Notes under the pieces: model-generated
The model's database searches: none
Told to the model about the DNA's origin: nothing
Seen by the model: only the letters and a program-made list of their open reading frames with translations
Program-made: the position numbers and the translations under genes
Shown here: positions 25,233 to 36,899 of the stretch, one piece after another
Layout: each line of letters starts with the position of its first letter
Position numbering within the stretch: the stretch's first letter is position 1
DNA from: Candidatus Desulfacyla sp.
GTDB lineage: Bacteria; Desulfobacterota; DSM-4660; Desulfatiglandales; Desulfatiglandaceae
Assembly (NCBI GenBank): GCA_046484725.1
Contig: JAWOIH010000214.1
Coordinates: 1 to 54,297 of the forward strand
Direction: 5' to 3'
DNA: 54,297 bases

Positions 25233-27311
25233 CTAATCCTCTTCCTTGGCAGCGGCGATGACCTTCTCCTGCAACTGGGCGGGCATTTCCTCGTAATGAG
25301 AATGCTCCATTCGGAATGTTCCCCGGCCTCCGCTCAGGGCGTTCAGGTCCAGTGCATACTTGAGGACCTCGGACATGGGCACCTGCGCCTTGATGATCTG
25401 ATATTTGCCCTGGGAATCCATCCCGAGGACCCTTCCGCGGCGGCTGTTGAGGTCCCCCATCACATCGCCCATGACATCGTCAGGCACGGTAATCTCCATT
25501 TTCATGATGGGTTCCAAAAGGGTCGGGTTTGCCTGCTGTACGGCCTTTTTCAGACACATGCTCGCTGCTATCTTGAAGGCCATTTCCGAGGAATCCACCT
25601 CATGGGATTTTCCGTCGTAGAAACGCACCTTCAGGTCCACGACCGGATAACCTGCCAGTATGCCGCTCGTAAGCGACTCATGGAGGCCTTTTTCGACTGC
25701 AGGGACAAAGTTTCTGGGCACGTTCATCCCTGTCAGTGCCTCATCAAACTCAAATCCCGTATCCGGCTCCAATGGAGAGACATCAAAATGGACCTCGGCA
25801 AACTGCCCTCTGCCCCCGGACTGCTTCTTGTGCCGGTAGACGACCCCGTTGGCCGGCTTCTTGATGGTTTCTCTGTATGGCACCCTTACCGGTTTCAGAT
25901 TGACCTCAACTCCGAATTTTCGCGCTAACCGTTCGCATGTCGTCTCTAAGTGTATCTGGCCGGTCCCCGACAGGATCACCGCGGCCGAGGCCTGGTCTCT
26001 CTCCAGTTTCAGCGTGGGATCTTCTTCGAGGAGTTTGGCTAATGAGCTGAAGACCTTGTCCTCGCTCCCTTTCACCTTGGCCTCCACGGCATAGGATATG
26101 ACGGCCGGGAGTCCCTGGGTGGGCGTATAGATGATGGGATTGCCCGCAGAGCAAAGGGTGTCTCCGGTGGTGGTTTCCTTGAGTTTGGCAACGGCGACAA
26201 TATCTCCGGGTCCGGCCGAATCGACAGGTTGTTGTTTTTTCCCTTGGGGTATGAGGATCTGGCCCAGTTTTTCCTTAACCTCTTTGTTTGCATTGTATAC
26301 GGTTGAATCGGATTCAATCGTACCGGAGAAGACGCGCATAAGGGTGAGTTTTCCTGCAAAGGGGTCTGCAACGGTCTTGAAGACAAGGGCTGAAAAGGGT
26401 GCGTCCACGACAGGGGGCCTCTCCACGGTCTCTTCTTTGTCCGGCACGGTCCCTTGTTTGGGCGGCCTCTCCAAGGGAGACGGGATTCCCTGAACGATCA
26501 GGTCCATCAACTGCGGAACGCCCATGTTCGGCAGGGCAGCGCCGCAGACGATCGGGATGACTGCCCCGGATTTGATTCCCTGAATGAGGGTCGCCTCGAC
26601 TTCCTGGTCTGAGAGGGCCTCTCCTTCCAGGTATTTCTCCATGAGATCGTCGTTTACCTCCACAATATTTTCAATCATGGTCTCCCGCCATTCATTGACA
26701 ATATCCTCCATATCAGGAGGGATGTCAGCGCTGTCGAATTTTCCACTTCCATCTTTGGCGAAGACGGCGGCCTTCTTTTTGACGAGATCCACCAGACCTG
26801 AAAAGTCGGCTTCGGCCCCGATAGGCAGGAAGAGGGGGGTTGTCTTGATTTCAAAAATACGGGCAATATCTTCAACGATTTTGAAGAAATCAGCACGCTC
26901 TCTATCCATTTTGTTGACAAAGATGATCCTCGGGAGTCGCTGTTCATCTGCAAAGGCCCATACCTTTTCAGTGCCGACCTTCACGCCGGCAGTGGCGTCA
27001 ATAACGAGGACGGCGCCGTCGGCCGCCTGAAGGGAGAACTTGGTGTCGGAAAGGAAGTTGTCATCCCCCGGAGTGTCAATGACGTTGATGACGTGCTTTT
27101 TCCAGGTGCAGTCGTGGAAGGCGGTGCTCAAGGTGGCCCTTCTCTTGATTTCCTCCGGATCATAATCAAAATTGGAGGTGCCGTCGTCTACCTTGCCGAG
27201 CCTTGTGGTTGCCTTTCCATTATAGAGGATGGCTTCAGCTAGAGAGGTCTTGCCCGAGCCCCCATGCGCGATGAGAGCGATGTTCCTCAATTGCTCACTC
27301 TTTCTTTCCAT
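25233..27311 (-). CDS. fusA: elongation factor G paralog (EF-G2-like)
   Basis: 692 aa. AHGGSGKTS (G1), DTPG, NKMD, and domains II-V recognisable (GRGQFAEVHFDVSPLE, SEMAFKIA). Confidence 0.9.
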   Translation of the reverse strand: MERKSEQLRNIALIAHGGSGKTSLAEAILYNGKATTRLGKVDDGTSNFDYDPEEIKRRATLSTAFHDCTWKKHVINVIDTPGDDNFLSDTKFSLQAADGAVLVIDATAGVKVGTEKVWAFADEQRLPRIIFVNKMDRERADFFKIVEDIARIFEIKTTPLFLPIGAEADFSGLVDLVKKKAAVFAKDGSGKFDSADIPPDMEDIVNEWRETMIENIVEVNDDLMEKYLEGEALSDQEVEATLIQGIKSGAVIPIVCGAALPNMGVPQLMDLIVQGIPSPLERPPKQGTVPDKEETVERPPVVDAPFSALVFKTVADPFAGKLTLMRVFSGTIESDSTVYNANKEVKEKLGQILIPQGKKQQPVDSAGPGDIVAVAKLKETTTGDTLCSAGNPIIYTPTQGLPAVISYAVEAKVKGSEDKVFSSLAKLLEEDPTLKLERDQASAAVILSGTGQIHLETTCERLARKFGVEVNLKPVRVPYRETIKKPANGVVYRHKKQSGGRGQFAEVHFDVSPLEPDTGFEFDEALTGMNVPRNFVPAVEKGLHESLTSGILAGYPVVDLKVRFYDGKSHEVDSSEMAFKIAASMCLKKAVQQANPTLLEPIMKMEITVPDDVMGDVMGDLNSRRGRVLGMDSQGKYQIIKAQVPMSEVLKYALDLNALSGGRGTFRMEHSHYEEMPAQLQEKVIAAAKEED

Positions 27312-27780
27312 AGTCAGAAACCCTTTCGTCACGAATATAGTATTGGCGGTTGTAACCGTGTGGATGGGGACAATTACGGACTCTGCCGCAGGCCCCCCTG
27401 TTGACCCCGATGGGGCATGGTGCATCCATTACGAGCATTATGCCGCAATAAAGGGCCTATTTTTGAGAAACAAAGGCGCCTATTGCAGCATCAGGCATGC
27501 CTGGGCGTCAAAACTGGGAAAAAAATAGCATTACACCAACAGTCGAATTAAAGTCAAGTCAAGAATTTAGGCGGTATTTTTTTAATTGCCAATTTCAAGA
27601 AATATGTTATTCTATACATTTACGTCGGCCGCAAAAATGCGAATCGGTCACAAAAAACCGACCGCCATATAGTAAAATCAAAGGGTTATAAGAAAATTTC
27701 TGATTTAGGGATTTTACAGCGGCATCAACCTGAGCGGGAATCGCCAAGGATCTTATTCAGAAAGGCGGAAAAGACCCATC

Positions 27781-28707
27781 TTGCTGCTTCACGACGGAAT
27801 AGCGCTTTTTGAGGCTTACCTGAGGGATCAAAAGGGTTATTCTCACCATACCGTGAAGAGTTATGTTACTGACCTGGGCCAGTTTTCAGAATTTTTGTCC
27901 TCGAAAGGGGTATCGTCGCCTCAAGAAAACAGGGGCGATATCCGCATTGAAACAATTGATTCTTTGACGGTACGCGAATATGTGGGGAGCTTTTACGGCA
28001 GACTTCGACGGTCGTCGATTGCCCGCAAGCTTTCTGCTGTCCGCTCATTTTTTCTTTTTTTGGAAAAACAGGGTCTGAACCTGCGAAATCCGGCAGCGGA
28101 TATCGCGACGCCCAAGCTGGAGAAGTATCTCCCCGCATATCTTCAGGTGGATGATGTCTTCAGATTGCTTGAGCGGCCGGATCGTAAAAAGGCCCTGGGC
28201 CTGAGAGACCTGGCCGTTCTGGAGGTCCTGTATTCGTGCGGCATCAGGGCTGGAGAACTGGAGGGTCTCAACATGGTCAGCGTTGATTTTGATCGACGGC
28301 TGATCAAGGTTAGAGGGAAGGGGGACCGGGAGAGGATCGTGCCGGTGGGACGTCAGGCATTAGCTGCCCTCAAAAGCTATCTTCATGCCACAAAGGAAAT
28401 AAGGAGAAAGGCAGGAGGTCCATCAGCGAAAAGCCCGCTCTTTATCAATTTTCGGGGCGGCCGTCTTTCGGTCCGAAGCATCGGGAGGATTGTCAAGCGA
28501 TATGTTAAGGAAACAGGACTGACCAGTGAGATCAGTCCTCATTCCATGCGCCATACGTTCGCCACCCACCTGTTGGACGGCGGAGCCGATCTTCGCGCGG
28601 TGCAGGAAATGTTGGGGCATGCAAGCCTGTCAACGACCCAGAAGTATACCCATGTCAGCATGGACAGGCTGATGGAGGTGTATGACAAGTCCCATCCCCG
28701 AAGTTAG
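27781..28707 (+). CDS. xerC: tyrosine recombinase XerC/XerD family
   Basis: SHHTVKSY...R..ELEGL...HSMRHTFATHLL..GADLRAVQEMLGHASLSTTQKYTHV. Classic xerC-hslV-hslU synteny. TTG start. Confidence 0.85.
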   Translation: MLLHDGIALFEAYLRDQKGYSHHTVKSYVTDLGQFSEFLSSKGVSSPQENRGDIRIETIDSLTVREYVGSFYGRLRRSSIARKLSAVRSFFLFLEKQGLNLRNPAADIATPKLEKYLPAYLQVDDVFRLLERPDRKKALGLRDLAVLEVLYSCGIRAGELEGLNMVSVDFDRRLIKVRGKGDRERIVPVGRQALAALKSYLHATKEIRRKAGGPSAKSPLFINFRGGRLSVRSIGRIVKRYVKETGLTSEISPHSMRHTFATHLLDGGADLRAVQEMLGHASLSTTQKYTHVSMDRLMEVYDKSHPRS

Positions 28708-28715
28708 CGCGAGCA

Positions 28716-28806
28716 GTTTAAAGTGACTAAAGTGAATTAAAGCGCCTAAAGTTCCTATTGGGAATCGAGGGATTGAGGAGTTCGGGAATTAGGGGATTGA
28801 GGGTTT
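28716..28806. repeat. CTAAAGT words followed by GGRATTGAGG words
   Basis: TTTAAAGTGACTAAAGTGAATTAAAGCGCCTAAAGTT...GGAATCGAGGGATTGAGGAGTTCGGGAATTAGGGGATTGAGGG. Confidence 0.85.
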
Positions 28807-28868
28807 GGATGATTCATGCCTTGAGGCCCTGTCTCCACATTTTGAGTCACTTACGTTGAGGAGTTATA

Positions 28869-29423
28869 ATGACACGAAGCCATACAAATAAACTGAGGGC
28901 CACAACGGTTCTTGCGGTCATCAAGGACGGAAAGAGCGTTATGGCTGCCGACGGCCAGGTCACCCTTGGCGAAACCATCATGAAACATAAGGCGTCAAAG
29001 ATCCGGCGCATGTACAATGACAGTGTCCTGGTAGGGTTTGCAGGAGCGGCCGCCGATGCCTTCAACCTGTTCGAGCGGCTGGAAGGAAAGCTGGAGGCCT
29101 ACAGCGGGAACCTCGTCCGCGCCGCCGTGGAACTGGCAAAGGATTGGCGAACCGATAAGATATTGCGAAAACTGGAGGCCCTTCTCCTCGCCATGGACAG
29201 TGAACATATCCTGATAATATCCGGCACTGGAGACGTTATCGAGCCGGACCAATCGGTCGCAGCGATAGGTTCAGGAGGTCCCTATGCCCTCTCTGCTGCA
29301 CAGGCGTTGGTGGCGCATTCCGAACTGGACCCGGTCGACATTGCCACGGAGTCCATGAAGATCGCGGCCTCGATTTGCCTTTATACCAACGATCAGATTA
29401 CGGTATGCGAATTGGATGCATAG
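28869..29423 (+). CDS. hslV: ATP-dependent protease subunit HslV
   Basis: [36 protein letters not shown]...[10 protein letters not shown]. Confidence 0.92.
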   Translation: MTRSHTNKLRATTVLAVIKDGKSVMAADGQVTLGETIMKHKASKIRRMYNDSVLVGFAGAAADAFNLFERLEGKLEAYSGNLVRAAVELAKDWRTDKILRKLEALLLAMDSEHILIISGTGDVIEPDQSVAAIGSGGPYALSAAQALVAHSELDPVDIATESMKIAASICLYTNDQITVCELDA

Positions 29424-29605
29424 CTCTTCCTGACCACCACAGTTTCTTCAGGTCTCTCAGACGATATTGAAAGAAGGCCTTGGAACCTGACCGCCTTTGC
29501 TTTGGGTTGCCGGGGGGTGGGTGGGATTTGACTTGAGGTTTCTGTTTTGAAATATATTGCCGCCCGTAAACCGCATGGGTGCGGGCTATCCATCATGAGG
29601 TAGGA

Positions 29606-31009
29606 ATGACAAAGGCTGCTGAAGAAGATGACCAATTGATCGAGGTGTTGACCCCGAGAGAGATTGTTTCCGAATTGGATAAATATATTATCGGCCAGGA
29701 CCAGGCTAAACGCTCTGTGGCCATCGCCCTCAGAAACAGGTGGCGCAGGCAGCAGGTCCCCCCGGAATTGAAGGATGAAATCGCGCCGAAGAATATTATC
29801 ATGATGGGGCCTACCGGGGTGGGGAAGACAGAGATCGCCAGGCGTTTGGCCCGTCTTGCCAACTCCCCGTTTCTCAAGGTGGAGGCCACCAAGTTCACCG
29901 AGGTGGGTTACGTTGGCCGGGATGTGGAGTCCATGATAAGGGACCTGACCGAACTCGCCATCAACATGGCCAAGAAGGACGAGCAGGAGGTTATCAAGCC
30001 AAAGGCCAGGGAGCTGGCTGAGGAGAGACTCCTTGACATTCTTCTGCCGAAGAAAACCGAAGAGGTTCATGAGGAAGAAGAGGGGGAGAAAGAGCGGATA
30101 TTGGAGGTGGTCAGATCCGATAAACCGGACACTTCGACCCGCGAAAAATTGCGCCGAATGCTCAAGAGCGGGAAGTTGGACAAGCGTTACGTGGATCTGG
30201 AGGTAGCCAACACCACCATGCCCATGGTGGAGATCTTTTCCAGCGCAGGCCTCGAGGAGATGGAATTTAATGTAAAGGAGATTTTCGAGAATATACTCCC
30301 TGCGAGAAAGAAGAAGCGGCGGGTCAAGGTGCCCGAGGCAATCGAGATCCTTTTCCAGGAAGAATCGCAGCGGCTCATCGATATGGATAGGGTCGTGGAA
30401 AAGGCCATCAGGGTTACAGAACAGAACGGGATTATCTTTTTGGATGAACTGGACAAGGTGGCGGGTTCCGAGTCTTCCTATGGCCCTGATGTCTCCCGTG
30501 AAGGGGTCCAGAGGGATCTCCTGCCGATTGTAGAGGGATCGACCGTTGCCACAAAATACGGGATGGTGAAAACGGACCATGTTTTGTTCATTGCAGCGGG
30601 CGCCTTCAACGTGAGCAAGCCGTCTGATCTTCTGCCGGAACTCCAGGGGAGATTCCCCATCCGGGTGGAACTGGATTCTCTTTCCATGGAAGACTTCATA
30701 CGGATCCTGCTGGAGCCGAAAAATGCCCTGATCACCCAGTATGAGGCCCTCCTTGCCACAGAAGGGATTGAACTCATTTTCGAGGAGTCTGCCGTCACCG
30801 AGATCGCCAGCATGGCCAGCAAGGTAAACGAGCGTACGGAAAATATCGGGGCGCGTCGCCTTCACACGGTCATGGAAAAGCTGGTGGATGAGATATCGTT
30901 TGACGCCCCGGATATGACCATCAAGAAGGTGACCATCAACAAAGAATATGTGACGGAAAAACTGGCGGATATCTTAGAGGACGAAAACCTGAGCAGGTAT
31001 ATTTTATAA
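29606..31009 (+). CDS. hslU: ATP-dependent protease ATPase subunit HslU
   Basis: [34 protein letters not shown], Walker [25 protein letters not shown]. Confidence 0.92.
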   Translation: MTKAAEEDDQLIEVLTPREIVSELDKYIIGQDQAKRSVAIALRNRWRRQQVPPELKDEIAPKNIIMMGPTGVGKTEIARRLARLANSPFLKVEATKFTEVGYVGRDVESMIRDLTELAINMAKKDEQEVIKPKARELAEERLLDILLPKKTEEVHEEEEGEKERILEVVRSDKPDTSTREKLRRMLKSGKLDKRYVDLEVANTTMPMVEIFSSAGLEEMEFNVKEIFENILPARKKKRRVKVPEAIEILFQEESQRLIDMDRVVEKAIRVTEQNGIIFLDELDKVAGSESSYGPDVSREGVQRDLLPIVEGSTVATKYGMVKTDHVLFIAAGAFNVSKPSDLLPELQGRFPIRVELDSLSMEDFIRILLEPKNALITQYEALLATEGIELIFEESAVTEIASMASKVNERTENIGARRLHTVMEKLVDEISFDAPDMTIKKVTINKEYVTEKLADILEDENLSRYIL

Positions 31010-31979
<970 letters not shown>

Positions 31980-32089
31980 TGGGGAACCCTGATTTTCTTT
32001 TAAACATAGGGCGAATGCGTGAAGTGAACCGGAATGGGGGTCAGTCGTCATAAGCCGATACGCTCGTAAGCTGATCTTCGGCTGGCTTA

Positions 32090-32119
32090 ACAGCTCAACA
32101 GCTCAACAACTCAACAGCT
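32090..32119. repeat. tandem CAGCTCAA-type words
   Basis: ACAGCTCAACAGCTCAACAACTCAACAGCT. Confidence 0.8.
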
Positions 32120-32138
32120 TCGAAAGAGGAATAGGTCG

Positions 32139-33347
32139 ATGAACGATATAAAAGAAGATGGATCCACCATGGAACTGGCGGATAGATACATGTTCCGCAC
32201 CTACGGCCGGTTTCCGGTCGTCCTGGTGAAAGGGGAGGGGTGCCGCGTCTGGGACGAGGATGGAAAGGAATATCTCGATTTTGTGGGCGGGATTGCCGTC
32301 TGTGCCCTGGGACACAGCTCTCCCCTCGTGACCCGGGTTTTGGAGGAACAGTCAAAAAAGCTGGTGCATGTGTCCAATCTTTATTACACGCAACCGCAGG
32401 TGGAGCTGGCCCGTCTTCTGGTGGAGAACTCCTTTGCCGACCGGGTATTTTTCTGCAACAGCGGGGCCGAGGCGAACGAGGCGGCCTTGAAACTGGCACG
32501 TCGTTATGCCAGAGAGAAGTTGGGGCCAAACCGCCATGGCATCGTCTCGATGGTCAATTCGTTCCACGGCCGGACCATGGCGACCCTTTCGGCGACCGGT
32601 CAGGCCAAGATCCAGGTTGGGTATGATCCCCTGCTCGAGGGATTCCGGTTTGTCCCGTTCAATGATGTGCAGGCCCTTGAGCAGGCCGTGGATCCTTCTG
32701 TGTGTGCGGTCATGCTCGAACCGATCCAGGGAGAGGGGGGCGTCGTTTGCCCGGGTCCCGACTATCTCAAGCGGGTTCGGGACCTGTGCAGTGAGCGTGG
32801 CGTGCTCTTGGTCTTTGACGAAGTTCAGGTGGGGATGGGAAGGACCGGCCGGCTGTTTGCCCACGAACACTATGGCATTACACCTGATATCATGACGTTG
32901 GCAAAGGCCCTGGGGAATGGGGTTCCGATCGGCGCCATGCTTGCGACCGAGGAACTGAGCGCGGCCTTCGGGCCTGGAAGCCATGCCACGACCTTTGGCG
33001 GGACGCCCCTGTTGACAGCTGTCTCAAAGGCCGTGTTGAGCAGTCTTTTGGAGGACGGGTGGATCTCGCATGCAGGAAAAATGGGCGCCTACTTCAAGAA
33101 AAGGCTGGAAGATCTTGGTCGGAAATATGATTTTGTTCAGGAGGTCAGGGGACTGGGCCTTATCATCGGCATGGAGCTGAAGCGTCCCGGTGCGCCGGTG
33201 GTGGAAGCATGTTTGAAGGAAGGATTTCTCATCAATTGCGCCCAGGAAAAAGTCCTCCGTTTCGTCCCCCCCCTGATCGTACAGGAGGATGAGGTGGACC
33301 GATTGGTTGAAGCGCTTGACAGGATATTTGAAGGGATGGAAGACTGA
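32139..33347 (+). CDS. argD: acetylornithine aminotransferase
   Basis: Class-III aminotransferase: FCNSGAEANEAALKLAR, LVFDEVQVGMGRTG, MTLAKALGNG. Confidence 0.9.
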   Translation: MNDIKEDGSTMELADRYMFRTYGRFPVVLVKGEGCRVWDEDGKEYLDFVGGIAVCALGHSSPLVTRVLEEQSKKLVHVSNLYYTQPQVELARLLVENSFADRVFFCNSGAEANEAALKLARRYAREKLGPNRHGIVSMVNSFHGRTMATLSATGQAKIQVGYDPLLEGFRFVPFNDVQALEQAVDPSVCAVMLEPIQGEGGVVCPGPDYLKRVRDLCSERGVLLVFDEVQVGMGRTGRLFAHEHYGITPDIMTLAKALGNGVPIGAMLATEELSAAFGPGSHATTFGGTPLLTAVSKAVLSSLLEDGWISHAGKMGAYFKKRLEDLGRKYDFVQEVRGLGLIIGMELKRPGAPVVEACLKEGFLINCAQEKVLRFVPPLIVQEDEVDRLVEALDRIFEGMED

Positions 33348-33350
33348 AAG

Positions 33351-33397
33351 ATTCGGGAATTCAGGAATTCGGGGATTGAGGTTTAACGGGGAATCGG
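33351..33397. repeat. GGAATTCAGG/GGGATTGAGG word repeats
   Basis: ATTCGGGAATTCAGGAATTCGGGGATTGAGGTTTAACGGGGAATCGG. Confidence 0.8.
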
Positions 33398-33565
33398 AGC
33401 CGGAGAAGAAAACCAGAACAAACCTATTTTTTTGATAAAATCTCCGTGTCCCTGTGTCTCTGTGTGAGATTTTTTTTGGGGTTGTGGCTGTTCCGCGTTC
33501 GTACGGAATGGTGTGGGATGAATATCAATAGAGGCTTTGACAACATTAATGGACGGAGAGCTGAA

Positions 33566-34780
33566 TTGAGCGAAGAGATCAAGAAAATCGTGTTGGCATA
33601 TTCCGGGGGATTGGATACATCCGTCATCCTGACATGGCTTAAAGAGACCTATGGCTGCCCTGTCGTGGCCTATGCCGCGGACCTGGGGCAGGGCGATGAG
33701 GTGGAGGGCATCCGAGAGAAGGCCTTGAATACCGGGGCCGACGATGTGGTGGTGGATGACCTGAAGGAGGAATTCGTGCGGGATTTTGTATGGCCTGCGC
33801 TGAGGGCCAACGCGGTTTATGAATCGACGTATCTGTTGGGGACCTCCCTGGCACGCCCTCTCATTGCACGGGGTCAGGTGGAGGTGGCCAGGCGGGTGGG
33901 GGCCGATGCGGTCAGCCATGGCGCCACAGGAAAGGGGAATGATCAGGTGAGGTTCGAACTGGCCTTCATGGCACTCGAACCGAGTCTCAGGATTATTGCG
34001 CCGTGGCGCATCTGGGACTTCAAGGGACGGGAAGATCTCATGGCCTACGCCCGGTCCAGAAATATCCCCGTGCCGGTGACCAAAAAGAAGCCCTATTCCA
34101 GCGACCGGAATCTGCTGCACATCAGTTTTGAAGGCGGAATACTGGAAGACACCTGGGCCGAGCCGCCGGAAGATATGTTTGTGCTCTCGGTCTCACCCGA
34201 AAGCGCACCCGACCACCCGGAGTATGTGGAGATTGCGTTTGAGAGAGGAAACCCGGTTTCTGTGAACGGGGAGGCCCTGTCGCCTGCCGGACTTCTGGCA
34301 TGCCTGAATGAAATGGGCGGCAAAAACGGCATCGGCCGAATCGATATGGTGGAGAACCGGTATGTGGGGATGAAGTCGCGGGGTGTTTATGAAACACCGG
34401 GGGGGACCATCCTCAGGACGGCCCATATCGCCATGGAATCCATTACCGTTGACCGGGAGGTGATGCATATTCGGGACGGGCTGATCCCAAGATATTCCGA
34501 TATGATTTACAATGGATACTGGTTCTCGCCTGAAAGAGAAATGCTTCAGGCCCTGATCGACGAAACCCAGAAGACGGTCTCCGGCGTGGTGCGATTGAAG
34601 CTCTATAAGGGGAATTGCATCGTTGTTGGAAGGATGTCAAGGAATTCCCTGTATGACCCTGATTTTGCCACCTTTGAGGAAGATGCGGTCTACAGACAGG
34701 CCGACGCCGAAGGATTCATAAGGCTTAACGGCCTTCGCCTCAAGATTGCCCGGCTCCTGAAGAGCAAAGTTCCAGGATAG
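33566..34780 (+). CDS. argG: argininosuccinate synthase
   Basis: [15 protein letters not shown]...[16 protein letters not shown] start at 33566 with GGAGAG SD is preferred. ATG 33518 is the alternative. Confidence 0.9.
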   Translation: MSEEIKKIVLAYSGGLDTSVILTWLKETYGCPVVAYAADLGQGDEVEGIREKALNTGADDVVVDDLKEEFVRDFVWPALRANAVYESTYLLGTSLARPLIARGQVEVARRVGADAVSHGATGKGNDQVRFELAFMALEPSLRIIAPWRIWDFKGREDLMAYARSRNIPVPVTKKKPYSSDRNLLHISFEGGILEDTWAEPPEDMFVLSVSPESAPDHPEYVEIAFERGNPVSVNGEALSPAGLLACLNEMGGKNGIGRIDMVENRYVGMKSRGVYETPGGTILRTAHIAMESITVDREVMHIRDGLIPRYSDMIYNGYWFSPEREMLQALIDETQKTVSGVVRLKLYKGNCIVVGRMSRNSLYDPDFATFEEDAVYRQADAEGFIRLNGLRLKIARLLKSKVPG

Positions 34781-34840
34781 CCTTTCCGGCATGTATGCAC
34801 GGGCAGGCCGGATTCAATCGAATCTAGAAAAGGATCTTCC

Positions 34841-36247
34841 ATGACAAAAAAACTGTGGGGGGGGCGTTTCAAGCAGGATGCAGACGCCCTGGTCAACCGA
34901 TTCAACGCCTCGATCGAATTTGATCGTCGTCTTTACGCCTACGACATTCGGGGGAGCATTGCCCACTGCCGGATGCTGGCGGCACAGGGGATCATAAAAG
35001 ATGAGGAGGCCACCCGGATTGTGGAGGCCCTCGGAGAGATTCAGCGTGAGCTGGACCATGGCGAGTTTTCTTTTGATGACGACTATGAGGATATCCACGG
35101 CCTCGTGGAAAAGGCCCTTGTGCAAAAAATCGGGGCCTTAGGGGAAAAGGTGCACACCGGAAGGAGCCGAAATGACCAGGTCGCCCTGGATGTGCGGCTC
35201 TATGTAAGGGATGCGAGTGAAGGCGTCATTGAGCTGATTAAAGAGAACCAGCGGGCTTTGGTGAAGCTGTCGGAGGAGAACCTGGACGTCATCATGCCCG
35301 GATACACCCACCTGCAGAGGGCCCAGCCCGTGCTTCTGGCCCATCATCTCCTGGCCTACCATGAGATGTTCAAGCGGGACCGTAAGCGGTTCCAGGGAAG
35401 TCTCGAACGGGTCAATGTCATGCCGCTGGGGAGCGCGGCCCTGGCCGGTTCCACGTTTAACCTGGACAGAGAGATGGTGGCCCGGGAGTTGGGTTTTGAA
35501 CATATCTCCCGAAACAGCATGGATGCGGTCAGCGACAGGGACTTTGTCCTGGAATTCCTTTTCAATGCCTCGGTCCTGATGATGCACATGAGCAGGCTGA
35601 GCGAAGAACTGGTCATCTGGTCAAGCCAGGAATTTGGATTCGTCCGCATCTCCGATGCGTTCTGTACAGGCAGCAGTATCATGCCTCAAAAAAAGAATCC
35701 GGATCTGCCGGAACTGATCCGGGGAAAAACCGGCCGTGTGTATGGCCATCTCATGTCTCTCCTGACGACGATGAAGGGCCTTCCCCTCACCTATAACAAG
35801 GACATGCAGGAGGATAAGGAGGCCTTGTTTGATGCCTTCGATACCGTGCATATCTGCCTTGAAGTCTTGTGTCGGCTGCTTGGAGAGATCACGTTCAACA
35901 GGGAACGAGTAAATGAGGCCATTCAACGAGGTTTCCTGGTGGCGACGGATCTGGCGGATTACCTGGTGCGCAAGGGGGTCACCTTTCGTCAGGCCCACGA
36001 GATCGTGGGAAAGATGGTGCTTCTTGCCATAGAGCAGAAAAAGGAACTCCATGAACTCACACTCAGCGATATGAGGGGATTTGCGCGGCAGATCGACGAG
36101 GATGTGTACGAATGGCTGGATCCCTTGTTGTCCCCGGCCAGAAGGAACAACCCGGGCGGGACCGGTCCGGCCATGGTCGCAAATGAGATTGACGAGGCAA
36201 AGCGAGAGCTGGGAATGGGCAATGAAAAGGGACCCGAAGGCGCCTGA
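34841..36247 (+). CDS. argH: argininosuccinate lyase
   Basis: MTKKLWGGRF...TGRSRNDQVALD...GSSIMPQKKNPD. Confidence 0.92.
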   Translation: MTKKLWGGRFKQDADALVNRFNASIEFDRRLYAYDIRGSIAHCRMLAAQGIIKDEEATRIVEALGEIQRELDHGEFSFDDDYEDIHGLVEKALVQKIGALGEKVHTGRSRNDQVALDVRLYVRDASEGVIELIKENQRALVKLSEENLDVIMPGYTHLQRAQPVLLAHHLLAYHEMFKRDRKRFQGSLERVNVMPLGSAALAGSTFNLDREMVARELGFEHISRNSMDAVSDRDFVLEFLFNASVLMMHMSRLSEELVIWSSQEFGFVRISDAFCTGSSIMPQKKNPDLPELIRGKTGRVYGHLMSLLTTMKGLPLTYNKDMQEDKEALFDAFDTVHICLEVLCRLLGEITFNRERVNEAIQRGFLVATDLADYLVRKGVTFRQAHEIVGKMVLLAIEQKKELHELTLSDMRGFARQIDEDVYEWLDPLLSPARRNNPGGTGPAMVANEIDEAKRELGMGNEKGPEGA

Positions 36248-36716
36248 GTTCTGTGGGGTGGGAACGGCCACCTTAAGCCGGATATCGGCGGTTTTACTGT
36301 TTTTGCTACTTTCAGCGGTTCTCATGGCGCTCTTTTCTGCGTGCGGGAAGAAGGGTCCCCCTTTTCTGCCGGACAAGAAACTCGCGGCCAAGGTCGATCC
36401 ATTGACCGGAAAATGGGTCGATGGGCGGATCAGGCTGGAGGGGACCATAGACAGTGGCGATAAAGGACCTGAGATAGTCGGTTGCACGATTTATCATGCG
36501 TGGTATCCCGAAGACCAGCCTCCCTGCGAGGGCTGCCCCATCGAGATGAGGGCCTTTACTGGCCCAGTCGAAACCACTGTCTCAGGGGACCGTTTCGCCT
36601 GCGACATTTCCGTCGCAGAGAAAAAAGGGATATGGTTTTTTGAGGTTCGTCTGACCGGCAGCCGGGGCGCTGTAGGTCCCCCATCGGAAAGGATCAGAGT
36701 GAAGATTGAAAATTGA
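36222..36716 (+). CDS. lipoprotein with an LptM-like N-terminus and an extra Cys-containing domain
   Basis: Lipobox LFSAC, followed by GKKGPPFLPD. Overlaps the argH 3' end by 26 nt. Confidence 0.6.
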   Translation: MKRDPKAPEFCGVGTATLSRISAVLLFLLLSAVLMALFSACGKKGPPFLPDKKLAAKVDPLTGKWVDGRIRLEGTIDSGDKGPEIVGCTIYHAWYPEDQPPCEGCPIEMRAFTGPVETTVSGDRFACDISVAEKKGIWFFEVRLTGSRGAVGPPSERIRVKIEN

Positions 36717-36899
36717 TCATTGAGGATTGCCCATGGGGCGGAGTTGCTCTCTGAATCCATTCCTTCAATATTGAGTTTTCAATCTCGGGTCGTGGAGCCG
36801 GATGCGCTGGGTGAGTCAAGCGCTATCCAACGTGCCCTTTTCTCATAGAGAAATGGGCGTTTGTCATCAATTTTCAATCGTCAATATTCAATGTATCAG

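Noticed and set aside
27426-27780. Possible sRNA or dif site in the AT-rich EF-G/xerC divergent spacer
   Set aside because: Only promoter-like boxes and weak hairpins are visible. There is no dif-like 28-bp palindrome and no match to any ncRNA consensus I know.
29393-30865. 490-aa minus-strand ORF
   Set aside because: It is entirely antisense to hslU, which is unambiguous. Its composition (rich in His, Gly, Leu, Arg) is typical of shadow ORFs in GC-rich DNA. The same reasoning rejects 12529-13734(+), 5606-6445(-), 20355-21260(-), 24888-25928(+), 35621-36487(-), 21750-22532(-), 43456-44589(-), 10725-11549(-) and the other long antisense ORFs.
32496-32512. Sigma54-like TGGCACG-N4-TATGC (also TGGCAC at 42976 and 20988)
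   Set aside because: The first site is inside argD coding sequence and has a mismatch in the -12 box. The others lack a TTGC element at the correct spacing.
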